From positions 1,021,238 to 1,085,237 of the forward strand of contig CM119270.1 of the NCBI GenBank assembly GCA_051294375.1: a stretch of 64,000 nt of DNA. The letters are read 5' to 3'. A program made the translations under genes and the position numbers. Positions 12,306-25,199 of this stretch are shown piece after piece. The DNA comes from Paraspadella gotoi (Eukaryota; Animalia; Chaetognatha). The notes under the pieces were generated by a model that did no database searches, was not told where the DNA came from, and was given only the letters and a program-made list of their open reading frames with translations. Positions within the stretch are counted from its first letter, which is position 1, and every line of letters begins with the position of its first letter.

Positions 12306-15300
12306 CTCTCTCTTCAGTGGATGGCCGAAGTTCAAAAGAAGACGGACGACGACATCTACGCGACGGAGGTCAACGGTGTGGTCCACTTCGGAAAGTCGAT
12401 TCCCAAACCGAACAAACTCTGTACCGTGATGGACAAAGAGTTCCAGTCTTGGTTGAGACTCATGTTGACTTGGGACAAGACGAAGCGAGGCGGTCGATCC
12501 TCTTTGGCAAAGGTTTCTATAGGTTTCTTACAATAGAATTTTCATCCGAAAAGGCGTCAAATCGAGTTTAAGGAAAAACAGATGTCAGATATAATGATCA
12601 TCTTTCCATCTAACGAGAAATATACTACGTGCTATGAAATCGTTTGAGGGATGGAGGCCTTAAGCCACCATAGCTTGTCAAAAGTTAGGCGCAATATGGC
12701 TTATTAATTCAAGAATGAATGGATAATTTGTTGATTGTACCAAGTTCATTCACCTCCCCGACATCAAGGGTCTTCCAGGTTATAAGAGTCGGATCCAAGA
12801 GAGATTCTATCATGTAGTTCTTCCCCACCAACAAGTGAGCATCTGCTCAGCAAACGCGACATCTCCCGAGAGAAAAACGAAAGAGAAAACCTCCTCTTCC
12901 CGCCTTCTCTTCCCCCTCCCGTACGCTACCTCAGTAGCGCGACACGAGACAGAATCACTTCTTCTGTTCGCGCTTTTGCGCTCAGTCTCCCGGCTTTTTA
13001 CGAAAATATTTTTTGATTATTTTTTGAATAATTTTGCATATTTTTCGTTCCTTTTTTTTTTTTGGAGTTCAGAATACAGATATTCTTCGACACGTGGCTT
13101 TGAAGTTTCTCTTCACGGCCGCCATCTTTTTTCGTCTTCGTTGTGCGTGGCTTCGGAGGGAAGAGCCTTGACTCGGCCCTTCGCTTGCCCTCGACGCACC
13201 CTGGCGCGGCTGCGGAGGGAAGAGCCGCGACTCGGCCCTCTCGTTTGCCCACGCGCTTAGTACGGCTGCAGGGGGAAGAACCTTGTTTCGGCCCCCTTGT
13301 TTGTCCAGTGCTCTCCGTTTTTTGGACTGAGGCGCGTGTTTTCAACTCGACTACCCTCATGTCTCTTCCGCCGCCGCCTTCGCCGCCGCCTCCACCGCCT
13401 CCACCATCAGCCATTCCGGGCTTTTCTGGTCAGGCCGAAGTCATGCCCTTCAGATGGAGGCAGTTCTCCAAATTAGCAACGCTCTTTCTAGCGTTCGTCG
13501 CGAATTTAGGGAGTTTCGCCGCTCGTCTCGTTCCGAATGGGAGAGTCTTCGGCGGTGAGTTCTTCTTTCTTTTCGTTTTTGTTTTTCGCCTTTTTTTGGC
13601 GTACATTTCGGCGTACAGAGGGGTTTTCCTCCTGTGCCCCACCTAACTCGACTTTGTTTGTTTGTTTTTTGTCGGGCCTTCGCCTGGTCTTGTTACAGGC
13701 TCACTTGTTGGTGGAGAAGAACTACATGATAGAATTTATGGTTCCATATGGAACCGGGATTCTTCATGGTTCTTCCCCACCAACAACCACCCACCGTCCA
13801 CCCCTGGCACCACCGGTGGTGGAGGGCGGCTCAGGCTCGCTTGTCTTGTTTGGTGGGGTGTTTTTTGGGGTTCTTTTTTTGAGACTGTCATTTTTCAATG
13901 ATTCTCTTTTTTTCCATGTACGTTTTCTTCATGGTTCTTGGACGCCTCTGTTCGCCATTCGCCGTTCTTCGTCGGTCTTCCTTGTACGCCAGCGACTTGG
14001 AGTCTTCGCGTTCTTTGGCGCCTCTTCGGCGGCGGATCGGCCTTCACGCTCCGAGCGGGTGATCTGCGTCACGCCTTCCTCGTCAAGCCCCATCTGCGCA
14101 AGTCGACGACGACGCCTCCGTTTCTGCTGCGGGGTTGGACAACTTCTTGTCTCGTCGTGCTTCTGTACAGCCTTCGGAGTGGGTCCTACAGCAGTGGAGG
14201 TTTTTGCGCAGAGTTGGCCAGGACGACGTTCTTTACCGTCGTGGGACGTTCTTTCCGCCTATACGCGTTTCGGCGCTGGTCGGATGTCTCTTCGCCGGGG
14301 ATTTCTTCCTCCTGCTCAAGAGAGTTGCCTTGCCGCTCAGTTCGACGCCGTTTGGAAGGACTCCAAGACGACGCGCGCTTTCAAGGCTTTTGAGCGCATC
14401 ATGAGGGGCGCCGGAGCGTCCGCTCATGCTGTCCTTTCTGTCGCTGACGCTCTCCGCCTCATGGTTGAGGCCCTTCGCTCGGAGGGGCCCGATGCAGTGG
14501 ACGCAGGCCACCTTGACGATCTTGCCAAGCCCCTTAGAAACGCCTCGTCGGGTTTGGCGGCGATTTTTGGCCCTCTCCGAGTCTCGGCGCTTAGTTGTCG
14601 ACGCTGCCCCTTCGGATCTCAAGACAGTTCTGTCCAGTTCTCCGCCCTCCACGTCGTTCTTTTTCGGAGACCGCTCCACAGACGTCACTCTAGCGTTCCA
14701 TTCTTCGCTTCTCCCGCTCCGGGGCGCCTCACTATTGCGCCAGTTCTGTTAGCCGCAAGCATGGGCGTGGCAGTCCGCGTAATCCCGCTCGCCGTCCCTA
14801 CTGGCCTCGCAAGTTTTCGCCGCCTCCCAAGCGTAGGGCGGGACTCCAGGGACGTCAAGGACGCAACTGATCCCCGACAGCTCTTTCGGCCGTTGCTTCG
14901 TCCGGCCGTCAGTTTCTCCAGACCCGGTTTTCGTCCATGGACTGGTTCTTTTTGCGGTTTCTCATCCCCCCCTTCTACGACGTCCGGTCAAGTGGGCGTG
15001 GCACGTCACCGGAAGTCTTCGCGGGATTCCCCCTCTTGGTTTGCTTGGTTACGAGTGATTCTGTCTCGTGTCGGCGTACTGAGGTAGCGTACGGGAGGGG
15101 GAAGAGAAGGCGGGGAAGAGGAGGTTTCCTCCTTCGTTTTCTCTTCGGGAGATGTCGCGTTTGCTGAGCAGATGCTCACTTGTTGGTGGGGAAGAAACCA
15201 TGAAGAATCCCGGTTCCACTTGGAACCATAAATTTTCATTCCTCCCCTTTTCACATCTTTAACAAACAGTTGAACGAGACCCCGAAAGCTCTCACGGATC

Positions 15301-18300
15301 TCTACTGCTTCCTCTCTCGTCGCGTCGTCCACATTCTCGATTTCGTTCACCGGAAGTCGCTCTCCTACTGCGTGGGCGGCGCGGGAGACGACGCCGCGGC
15401 GCCGATGACGGTGGCGCGCCTCAAGATCCTCGTCGCCCGGGACACTGGAATCCCCGTCGACGAGCAAGTCCTCCTCACGGGCGTCAATTGGGATCCTTCA
15501 CTAACGGTGCCCGCCTTCGATGAACCCGCCGCCGCTCTCGCCGCCAAGTGCCAGCCCGCCGTGCCTCGAGGACGCGATGATAACGCGCCCAAGTTTCTGG
15601 TGAGAGGGTTTTGCGTGGAAGAGTTATGTGAAAGGCGATCGATGACTCTTATCTTCATTTGCATATTGTTGCAGTTTGATTGAATTCTCATAACTTTGGA
15701 TTTTGCTCTTAAAAAGTTTAGTCTCTTTTCTTTGCAAAAAATAGATACTAGATATTAGATAATTAATTTTCTTATATTTTAGTAATGTTTAGTTAGTAGT
15801 AAATTAACCTTATCCAGCTAATTTATGTAATAATTCTTCACTTTCAGCATCGGTCTTGTCGACCCGAGGACGACGTGATCTACCTCTTCCAAACTCCGGA
15901 TGAATCAGGATTCCCTTATGTCGTCGGCGACGTCGACGATGAAGACGACGACGACGACCTCCGACTCACTTTCCGCTCTAACCTTCACATCCCTTGTGAG
16001 TCCTCAATTGATTTTGAATATATTGTTGAATCTTTTGACGTATTGTCGTATACTATGCTCTTAATAGTTGACCAAATAGGTTATCACAATCTTGAAATGA
16101 GAGCTCATAATTGTTTAGTTCTCGTTCATCCTCACCCCTCTTAAAGAATAACCTCCATCTTTCTCACTCACCCTCAACTCTCCACAAACCCCTCCCCCCA
16201 CAACCCCAGTCGCCGTCCGCAACATGGTGGACAACCCCCGCGCGATTCTCCGCCCCGCCGATCAGAAACGCGCCATCTACTCCACCTACTGTTATTGTCG
16301 AAGCCTCATCGCCGAGCACGAGTCGTACTGGGGCGTCTTTCGCGCTCTGCTCATCAAGATCGTCAAGGAATTCACGGGGATCAACCGGTGCAAGGTAATT
16401 TAAATTATGAAAAACATCAATTATTTTCTCGACATAGGCATTCGTCACAGATTAGATCATTTCTTTAGATGTCACTGGCGTGACAACATGAACGTGAGAA
16501 CATGCAATGACCCAGGAACAGAATTTATGACAAGTCAATGTCAATACGACAATATGCAAATGAGATTGATGAACTTAATCTCATTCTTGGTTGCATCAAA
16601 AGTTCCTTCCTTATATTCATGCCGACACCATCACACTTAGCCAGCGTGATCGTGAGGGGATTTAACCCGGAACTCACGGTTAGTGAACGAGTACTTAGCT
16701 GTCCAAGCCAATGGGACGAGCTGAGTTTCAAGCTATACGAGAGGCGAATAAAGGATTCGCCACAATGGAACACCAAAGCTAAAGAAATTTAATTCTGAGC
16801 TAATTTTTGTATTGAAGTACAACTCTAATATGCGAATAAAAGTTTCGCTCGCGAATATTAATTTAGCCAGAATAAAAGCTGTGCTTTCCATTGCCCCAAT
16901 TGTCATTCCTCGTCTTTCTCTTTGAAGGCGGAACTGCGCTTCAGCTCCGAACGGCTCGTGATCAACCGGGAATTCTTCGTGAAGAGTCTCTCCACGGACT
17001 TAGAAGCTCTGACGAGGCTGAAGGCGTCGGCCTCTTGCAACCTCCTCGCCGTCGACGGGTGTCTCCGCGACTGGAACCGGGAGATCGCAGAAGCCGACGA
17101 ATACACGGATCTTGGGGCGCGGACGACCGCCTTGGAGAAGAGGGTCGAGCTCTTGGGGTCCAAGATCATTAAGATTCAACAGGTTGTGACTAGGATTGAC
17201 GTTTGACTGTTGTGGTTTTTCAAGTTGAGGGTTAGTCTACCAGATAATTCTATTGTGTCTCCCTCCCCCCCCTGGGAAGTCTTATACAACAGATTTAAAA
17301 GTTTTTCAGGGCTCTAATGTTATGTTTCGTTTACTTTTTGATGTTAGTAAAAAGATTTGACTGAAATATTCAAATGAAGTTAGAGAATATTTTCCTATCC
17401 TAAGCACTAACTTACTTTTTCTCGATGGTAACTGTATCGATCTAGTTGATAAATGGACATATCTAGGGTTCAACCTTAGTAGTGAAAGAGACAGCTTGTT
17501 TGAGCCAAGCAAAGAATTGGTATCTTTTTTTAGATCAAGTAACTGTTTGATAAATGCCTTGTTAAAACCTTCAGAGGAATTATTGATGAAATTGTATTAT
17601 ACTAACTGTGTTCCGGTTCTCCTTTATGGTTGTGAAGTAAAAACTTTTTCTGTACGTAATATGAATAGACTTAATGTTGCTGTAAATGATGGTGTACGAA
17701 AGATTTTTGGATATAATCGATGGGAAAGTGTGAGAGAACTTAGGAGTATGTTTGGATACCACGACCTATCTACAATTTTTAATAATCGTAAGAAAACCTT
17801 TATCTCAAAGATATATACAATGAAAAATACTGTTCTTCAGAAACTTGTTCCATTTTTTACAACATAAGAACAATTTTTAATTGTTTAAATTTTAATTAAT
17901 TAATTTTATTTAATTAACTGTTTTTTTTTCTCTCTATTTTATGTTTTTTGCTTAGACTTAGTCTGTCTTTGTTTGTTTGTTTGTTGATGATGATTGTACT
18001 GAATCAACCTCGTTGTATTCGAATAAAATCGCATACTAACCCCTTCCTCACCCATTTCACATCCCTTTCCCAAAGGATCCAGTCTCCCGCCAACAACGAC
18101 CCGACTACATCCGCCTGATGGAGACGCAACGCGAGACCGCTCTCGAACTGATCGCCAGTTGGCGCAAGGCCATGCGCGACCCTCACCTCGAATTCCCGGA
18201 CAACGCCGACGTCGTCGCAGTCGTGTGTCGGGTCAACGAGCTCGACGCCCGCCTGACGCCGGTCCGCGACGCCGTCGGGCGCCTCATGCGCTGCTTCGTC

Positions 18301-18696
18301 GACATGCGGTCGCTGCTGCCCGAGATGAAGCTGCTGCGGGCGGAGACGACGGAATCGAGCGATCGACTCGAGGCTAAACAGAGATTGAGACAAGGGAAGA
18401 TTTGGTCCATCGTCGAGGAGGCGAGGAGGGCGAACGGGAACCTAGGGTTGGGGTTGACGATCGGCGGCGGTGGCGGTGGCGGAGTTGCCGGCGGCGGCGT
18501 GGCCGAGTCAGGAACGGCGTCGTTGGCGCGGTCCGTCTCGGGGAGCGGCGCCGCTTTGGACGAGGAGATGGAGGAGGCGGAGGAAGTGTCGTCACGAGCT
18601 GACGAAGTGTTGGACAGTCTTCAGTCGGCCTTGACCAACGCTCACGTCAGCGACGTCGCCACGGGGAGCGAAGAATGGGAGTCGCTCTTCGTTTGA
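9919..18696 (+). CDS. IKBKB: IkappaB kinase alpha/beta, 9 exons (approx. 9919-10204, 11676-11989, 12090-12188, 12318-12512, 15270-15599, 15848-15995, 16210-16395, 16928-17182, 18076-18696)
   Basis: LGTGGFGQV, IAVKQC, MEYCSGGDLRK, HRDIKPENIVL, KIIDLGYAKQLD..SNAESFVGTQQYLAPELF and VDYWTFG are IKK-type. Then a ubiquitin-like domain (TGIPVDEQVLL), a helical scaffold (RQGKIWSIV) and a C-terminal EEWESL tail. Confidence 0.92.
10220..10469 (+). repeat. 21-bp minisatellite (gaagtggtgaatgatggaaaa), about 12 copies, just after the IKK exon 1 donor
   Basis: Directly visible tandem array. Confidence 0.95.
11212..11289 (+). mobile_element. Solo 3' tail of the LINE-like element at 17300-18035
   Basis: cttagtctgtttgtttgttg..gatgattattgtactgaatcaaccttgttgtattcgaataaaatcgcata nearly matches 17957-18035. 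Confidence 0.7.
11436..11595 (+). repeat. Three degenerate ~60-bp tandem units (gagctacttgttaatccatgtgatgagcgatgatctgatga..)
   Basis: Visible tandem units with variable (gat)n length. Confidence 0.85.
12804..15234 (+). mobile_element. Non-autonomous DIRS-like (tyrosine-recombinase class) retroelement, copy 1, in an IKK intron
   Basis: ~140-bp inverted terminal repeats (about 12818-12959 and 15054-15196) and a ~25-nt right-end extension. An internal region at 13699-13786 is complementary to both termini joined together, and ATT is shared at both ends. A frameshifted gag-like ORF (SESRRLVVDAAPSDLKTVLSSSPPSTSFFFG) is present. No RT, RNaseH or YR motifs are seen. Confidence 0.85.
17300..18035 (+). 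mobile_element. 5'-truncated non-LTR (LINE) retrotransposon: RT C-terminal region plus 3' UTR
   Basis: Reads DLVDKWTYLGFNL...LMKLYYTNCVPVLLYGCEV...RLNVAVNDGVRKIFGYNRWESV, typical of LINE RT thumb/C-terminal regions. It ends in a (gttt)-rich tail with AATAAA. Confidence 0.8.
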
Positions 18697-19469
18697 TTCT
18701 CTATGTCATCGCCCCCCTCCACCCCCCCTCTTTTCCGATCGCCCCCTTCCCATATTTTTGATTATAGCTTGTAAATCCTAGAACTGCGACAAACGTTTTT
18801 TTATTTTTATTTTTTCATAACTCGCTCTCTCTCTCTCTCTCCCCCCAACCCTTCCCCTCTTCCATCTCATCAACTCCAGTCATTTTATTTTCGAAAAATT
18901 AATTTCGCTGGCGAAAAATCCTAGTCATTTCTTTTCTTTGTTTTTAAACTTTGCCATCCTCGCCCATGGGGCCTGTTTCTGGAAATCGGTCGAACAAGGC
19001 GACCCCAACCGAAACGCCGTTAAAAGCGAAAACGGGGGTGTAGTATTTATAAGGTTGTATGTATTGGTTTTTACAAGTTTAGTTAATATGATAAACCAAA
19101 ATATGAAAAATAACCTTTAAACTTTGTTTCAATTTCACGATTAATACCGTCTTGGTTTCGCTCGCCTTGCGTCTCCGCCGCAAAACATGACTGTGAATTT
19201 CTTCGGTTTTTGTTTTTGTTTTTTTTTTTAGTTGGTTTTTTTTGTTTTTTGTTCATTTTCTTATTAAAATCGACTGCATTGATCTAGGATAATAAAACAA
19301 TACCAGTACATTGTTCAATTATGACAAGGGGGAAAAACCCGCCTTTTGTTCTTTTCGGTGTGAAGGGGGGAAAAAATTATTTTTTTTTTAGCTGTCTAGC
19401 TTAATTTTTATTTTTATTTTGAAAATAAAAAATTTTCCAGTTTTAAAAAAAGGGAAAAAAAGAGTGAAG

Positions 19470-20488
19470 ATGAGGGCATACTGGGAGTCCATCACTTCGT
19501 GGGACATTTTCGACGACGTTCGACGGATGAACAAGCGGCAGTTGTATTATCAGATCCTCAACTTCGGGATGATAGTTTCCTCCGCGCTTATGATTTGGAA
19601 GGTGATTCGATTCGAGACAAGAATATAAATTAGATTAGGGGAAAGTGATTTGGAAGGTGATTTTCGTGAGGTGGTAAAAGGAAAATTTATAAAGCGATAT
19701 TTTTGGATTCCATTTAGCTGATTTGGACGTTTCTTTTCAAGTATAGTATATTGAAAGAGCATGGTCTTATAAACTCGTTCTTGTTGATTCTCAATCTGGT
19801 TCCGTATCATCGCCTCTTAATTTCTTCCCCACCACCCAACCACCCAACCACCCAACCAACCCTCAGGGTCTAATGGTGGTGACGGGGAGCGAATCGCCCA
19901 TCGTCGTCGTCCTCTCGGGATCGATGGAACCGGCCTTCCATCGCGGTGATCTTCTCTTCCTCACTAATCACAGGGAGGAACCGATCAGAGTGGGCGAGAT
20001 CGTCGTTTTCAAGGTGGAAGGGAGGGAGATACCCATCGTTCACAGGGTCATCAAGGTCAGAGGAGAAATTTGAATGACAGTTGATCTTATTTATTCGTGA
20101 ATTGTTGCATCATGGATCGTAGTGAATAGTGATTCTATTGATCGATTGATTCACCAGATGCACGAAAAAGAAGACGGTTTCTTGAAGTTTTTGACGAAAG
20201 GGGACAACAACCCCGTCGACGACCGCGGCCTTTACTCGCCCGGCCAGCTCTGGTTGGCCAAAAAGGTACGGCTTGTTTATTATATTCATATATTACGGAA
20301 GAAGGTAAAATATTTCATTTTCAATTTGGCATTCTTCTTTCTCTCCCTCGTACAAGGACGTGGTGGGTCGCGCCCGCGGGTTCGTCCCCTACGTGGGCAT
20401 CGTGACGATTTTGATGAACGATTATCCCAAATTCAAATACGCGATCCTCGCTTGCCTCGGCCTCTTCGTCCTCATTCATCGGGAGTGA
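19470..20488 (+). CDS. SEC11A: Signal peptidase complex catalytic subunit SEC11, 4 exons (19470-19601, 19867-20056, 20158-20265, 20357-20488)
   Basis: [74 protein letters not shown], ending HRE-stop. Confidence 0.95.
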
Positions 20489-21451
20489 TGGAAATCGGAG
20501 TCATTGTCGTCGTCGTCGTCGTCGTCGACGGACGAGACGCGGAGAATTTTCAATCGACGAATAAACTAATTTTATTTTCATCCCCTTTTCCTCTTAAAAA
20601 AAAAAAAATTCCCTCTCATCATTCGAATCGGACTTTTAACAGAGATTGGACGTTTTTGGATCTGAAATCCGTATTAATTATTTTAAAAATTTATACGAAA
20701 CGTAGATTATAACCTTGAAATGTGATGTTATTAACTATAATTTAATAAAATTGAAACTTCTGTTGTCATTTTTTTTTTAAAAAAGTGACTCATTCCAGTC
20801 TCACGGACATATTTTTTTTTCGCTCGAGCGTCGTTGGTTTTTTTTTTTTAAATTCCTTCGACGCTAAATTTTCTTATTTTCATGATTAGAAACTTAAAGA
20901 ACGAACTCCATTTAAAACGATCCTCAACTTTGACTCACCCGCTGCTTATTTGTTTTTTCGTTTCCTTTTTTCTCCGATCGACGTCGCGACTCGTCGATCG
21001 ACGACGACTCGAGAGTCGAGAAGAAAAGAAATAAAAGAAACAAAAGGACAGAGCAGCAGTCTCGTCTGGCCGAATCATGATTCAAGAAACGTGGAAAAGA
21101 GAAGTTGTTTTCCTTTCTCATTTTTTGTGCGGAATTCTCGAAAATGAGAAATGATAAATATCGCCGATAATATCGGTTCCCGTTGTTTTTAACCTTTTTC
21201 GTTGTGACGATAATCCTATTTAACTGCATTCCAATGTTCCACTCGGTATTGAGCATAAAATTGCGAAACTTTTCGAAAGAAAAGTCAACTGCCGATCGAG
21301 TATATAAACGCGTTTCCCTCAAAGTTTCTCTCATTTTTCTACTCAGATTTCGAGAAGATTTAAAAACTTGTCTTTCCAGTTTATTTCTTTACAAAAAATT
21401 ACCGCAATTCTATCATAAACTAACAAACAAAGGACTCCCTTTTCCGGCGCG

Positions 21452-24400
21452 ATGGCGGAAAACTCTACGGCGCCGCTCCGCACCGTTGCGCGGTGCCAGT
21501 TCGGCATCCTCAGCCCGGACGAGCTCCGTCGCATGTCCGTGACGGAAGGCGGGATTCAGTACGCGGAGGCGATGGAAGGCGGACGGCCCAAATTGAACGG
21601 ACTCATGGACCCGCGTCAGGGATCAGTCGATCGGGCAAGCCGATGTCAGACCTGCGCGGGCAACATGTCCGAATGCCCCGGACACTTCGGTCACATCGAA
21701 CTCGCGAAGCCCGTCTTCCATATCGGTCCGTTGATGTTGTTGTTGTTGTTGTTGAAGGAAAAAGGAAGTTAAACGAGGGAACGAATAAATTACCGTGGAA
21801 TGAATGAATGAATACTAATTACCGTTGAAGAAAGAAATGAATGTTTAACTAAAATTTGAGCTATCGTATGGTGGTAAAGTGTAGTTAAAAACTAATGAAC
21901 GATAAAAATGGGAAGGATAATAATCGTAATCTGGAATTACAAGGAACCCCTCCCCTCCATCCTATTCCTTACCACTTGGCCTTACCCCTTTGTCCTACAC
22001 TTGGCTCTACCTCTTGGCCTTACCCCTTGGTCTTGCCTTACCCCAGGCTTCCTCACCAAATCTCTCAAGATTCTCCGCTGCGTGTGTCACTTTTGCTCTC
22101 GTCTCCTGATCGACCCCAACAACCCGAGGATGAAGGAGGTCGCCTCCAAGACAAAGGGTCACCCCAGGAAGAGGCTCGCCCACGTCTACGACCTCTGCAA
22201 GGCCAAGACCGTCTGCGAGGGCGGGGATGAGATGGAGGTCAAGGGCGGAGAGGAGCCCGAAGGGGCTCCCGAGGAGGGCGGCGGGGCCAAGAAGAAGGGC
22301 CACGGCGGCTGCGGCCGGTTTCAGCCCAAGCTGAGGAGAACGGGTGAGTCAACGAAAATGAAAGAAGAAAGAGAAAAATGAGGAATTGAGGAAACCAAAT
22401 ATAAAAAGACAAAGACTATTCGAGACATTGAAAGGTCATGTAACACAATGTCTTGAATGTCATTACAAATACAGACAGAAAGACAAGGTCAAAGTAAAGA
22501 GTAACCTCATCCAAATGTTAAAACGTTTTTTTTTCGCTGGATGGACAATTGGACATTATACAGTAGGGTGGAGTGATGAAAAGATTGAGCGATGGAACAA
22601 TATTTTTTTGCTGTTTTTGTATATGTAATAAAAAATAATTAAGCTTTTTTTCAAAAAATAATTGTATAACAGTATTATTAATTAAATTTTCTTTATAGTA
22701 ATATCCTTGTAAAATCATAAAATTTTAAAATCAGATTTTTTTAATTTTAAGAACAATTTTGAATTCGCCGGAAAAAACTGAAAAAACTTTTATAAAATAT
22801 GTTATATGATATTTTTAGATAAATTATAAAATTTGACCTTTTTTTTCCATTTTTGATGCTGAAGACATTGAAATTTTTAATAACATATTTTATATTTTTG
22901 ATCCAACTTTTTATGAAGAATCAGAATCTTTAATAAAAATTTTTAAAAAAATTTTTTTTAAATTTTTGATTTTATAAGGATATTACTTAAAATATATTGT
23001 AATTAATGATACTGTTCTCCAAACAATATAAGCAAAATATTTTTGGTACTCCTTAACGATATTATCTTATGTCTAAATATCTTTGTTTGTTCACTCAAAT
23101 TAAATTTATGTTCCCCAGTGCTCCACTCTATTATACAGTAATATAGACACGAGGGGAAAAAGACTCTTCGACGTTTTCCCTCTTAATTTTACTTTCCCCC
23201 TCGAATTCCATCTCCGCCTAAGGTCTCGACATCTCGGCCGAATGGAAAAACGTGAATGAAGAATCTCAAGAGAAGAAGATCATGTTGACGGCAGAACGAG
23301 TCCACGAGATTTTCAAGCGAATCTCCGACGAAGACTGCGTCCTCTTGGGGATGGACCCTCGATACGCCCGACCCGACTGGATGATCATCACAGTCATGCC
23401 CGTCCCTCCGCTCTGCGTCCGACCCTCCATCGTCATGTTCGGAGGATCGAGTCGCTCGCAGGTGCTTTGTGTCTAACGGGGACTAGAGACATAGACAGAA
23501 AGAGAGAGAGAGAGAGATAGAACATTGTCTGTCTCTCTTTCTCTCGGATAAATGTTCTGACAAACAAATGTGATTTACCTTAGATATATGCAACTGTTGT
23601 TCATTGGAATTTTTCATAATTTTCAACCAACATATAATTAATTAATTGATAATTAATTAATCCAACAATTAATTATAAAATGTCATCATTTTTAAAAGTA
23701 TCCCTGAAATAATGAAGCAAATGAAGAGATATGGGAAATAAACCTTTTACCTTATGCAATTAAAATTGTGGAACTAAAGTCTGAAACACTTTGACCAATA
23801 ACCATTAACCAATTTCCCCCCTCTTCTCTACAGGACGATCTGACCCACAAATTGGCGGATATCATCAAAGCGAATCAGCAGCTGAAGAAGAACGAGCTCA
23901 ACGGCGCCGCCGCCCACATCATCGCCGAGGACACGAGGATGCTGCAGTTCCACGTGACGACGCTGACCGACAACGACCAACCGGGTCTGCCGAGGGCGTC
24001 GCAGAAGAGCGGACGTCCGCTCAAGTCCATCAAGCAACGTCTCAAGGTTTATGACCAATTATTTCATTTTGTGAAGTGAAGTGTAATCTAAAATTAATAT
24101 AAGTATATACTATATAGTACCTATAAATGTGCGAAATAGATAAACTAGCATTAATTCTGCTCTTAGATAGATATTTTTGTGAGTACGCTTTACTGTAGTC
24201 CACATTTCCGAGAAATTCAAATCGCTCCCCCCCCCTTCCCCTTTAAAAGGGCAAAGAAGGTCGAATCCGCGGGAACTTGATGGGAAAGCGCGTCGACTTT
24301 TCCGCTCGAACCGTCATCACCCCCGACCCCAATCTGGCGCTGGACCAAGTGGGCGTGCCCAAGTCCATCGCCCAGAACATGACCTTCCCCGAGATCGTGA

Positions 24401-25143
24401 CTCCCTTTAACATCGACAAGCTCCAGCAGCTCGTCGCCAAGGGCAACAATCAATACCCGGGCGCCAAGTACATCGTCCGAGAGAACGGAGAAAGAATCGA
24501 TCTGAGGTGAGTTTTGAGTCGGAGAGAGAAAAGGTGAGCGAGGGTTGGGTGAGGTTTTTTTTATTCATCATCACCCTTTATTATTTTCAGGTATCACCCC
24601 AAACCCTCTGATCTTCATCTCCAAATCGGCTACAAAGTGGAGCGTCACGTCCGCGACAACGACTTCATCGTTTTCAATCGCCAGCCCACCCTCCACAAAA
24701 TGTCCATGATGTCGCACAGAGTCAAGGTCAGTTTGGCGCGAGATGGCGAGAATGTTTGAATCGTCTCAATTATTTTATAAGTTAACTTATTTAATTTTAT
24801 AAGTTAACTTATTTAATTTTATAAGTTAACTTATTTAATTTTATAAGTTAACTTATTTAATTTTATAAGTTAACTTATTTAATTTTATAAGTTAACTTAT
24901 TTAATTTTATAAGTTAACTTATTTAATTTTATAAGTTAACTTATTTAATTTCGTGACGAACCAGGTCCTGCCTTGGTCCACCTTCCGCATGAACCTCTCC
25001 GTCACGACTCCCTACAACGCGGACTTCGACGGAGACGAGATGAATCTTCACGTCCCTCAGTCGCTCGAGACGAAGGCCGAACTCCGCGAGATGTTGCGGG
25101 TGGACAGGCTCATCCTCACCCCGCAGTCCAACCGGCCCGTCAT

Positions 25144-25199
<56 letters not shown>

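Noticed and set aside
12769-12778. 10-nt IKK microexon (aag|ggtcttccag|gt)
   Set aside because: It would break the frame; the flanking exons already join in phase 0.
13537-15087. 516-aa ORF as a host gene nested in IKK
   Set aside because: It lies wholly within the DIRS-like element and is not preserved as one frame in copy 2.
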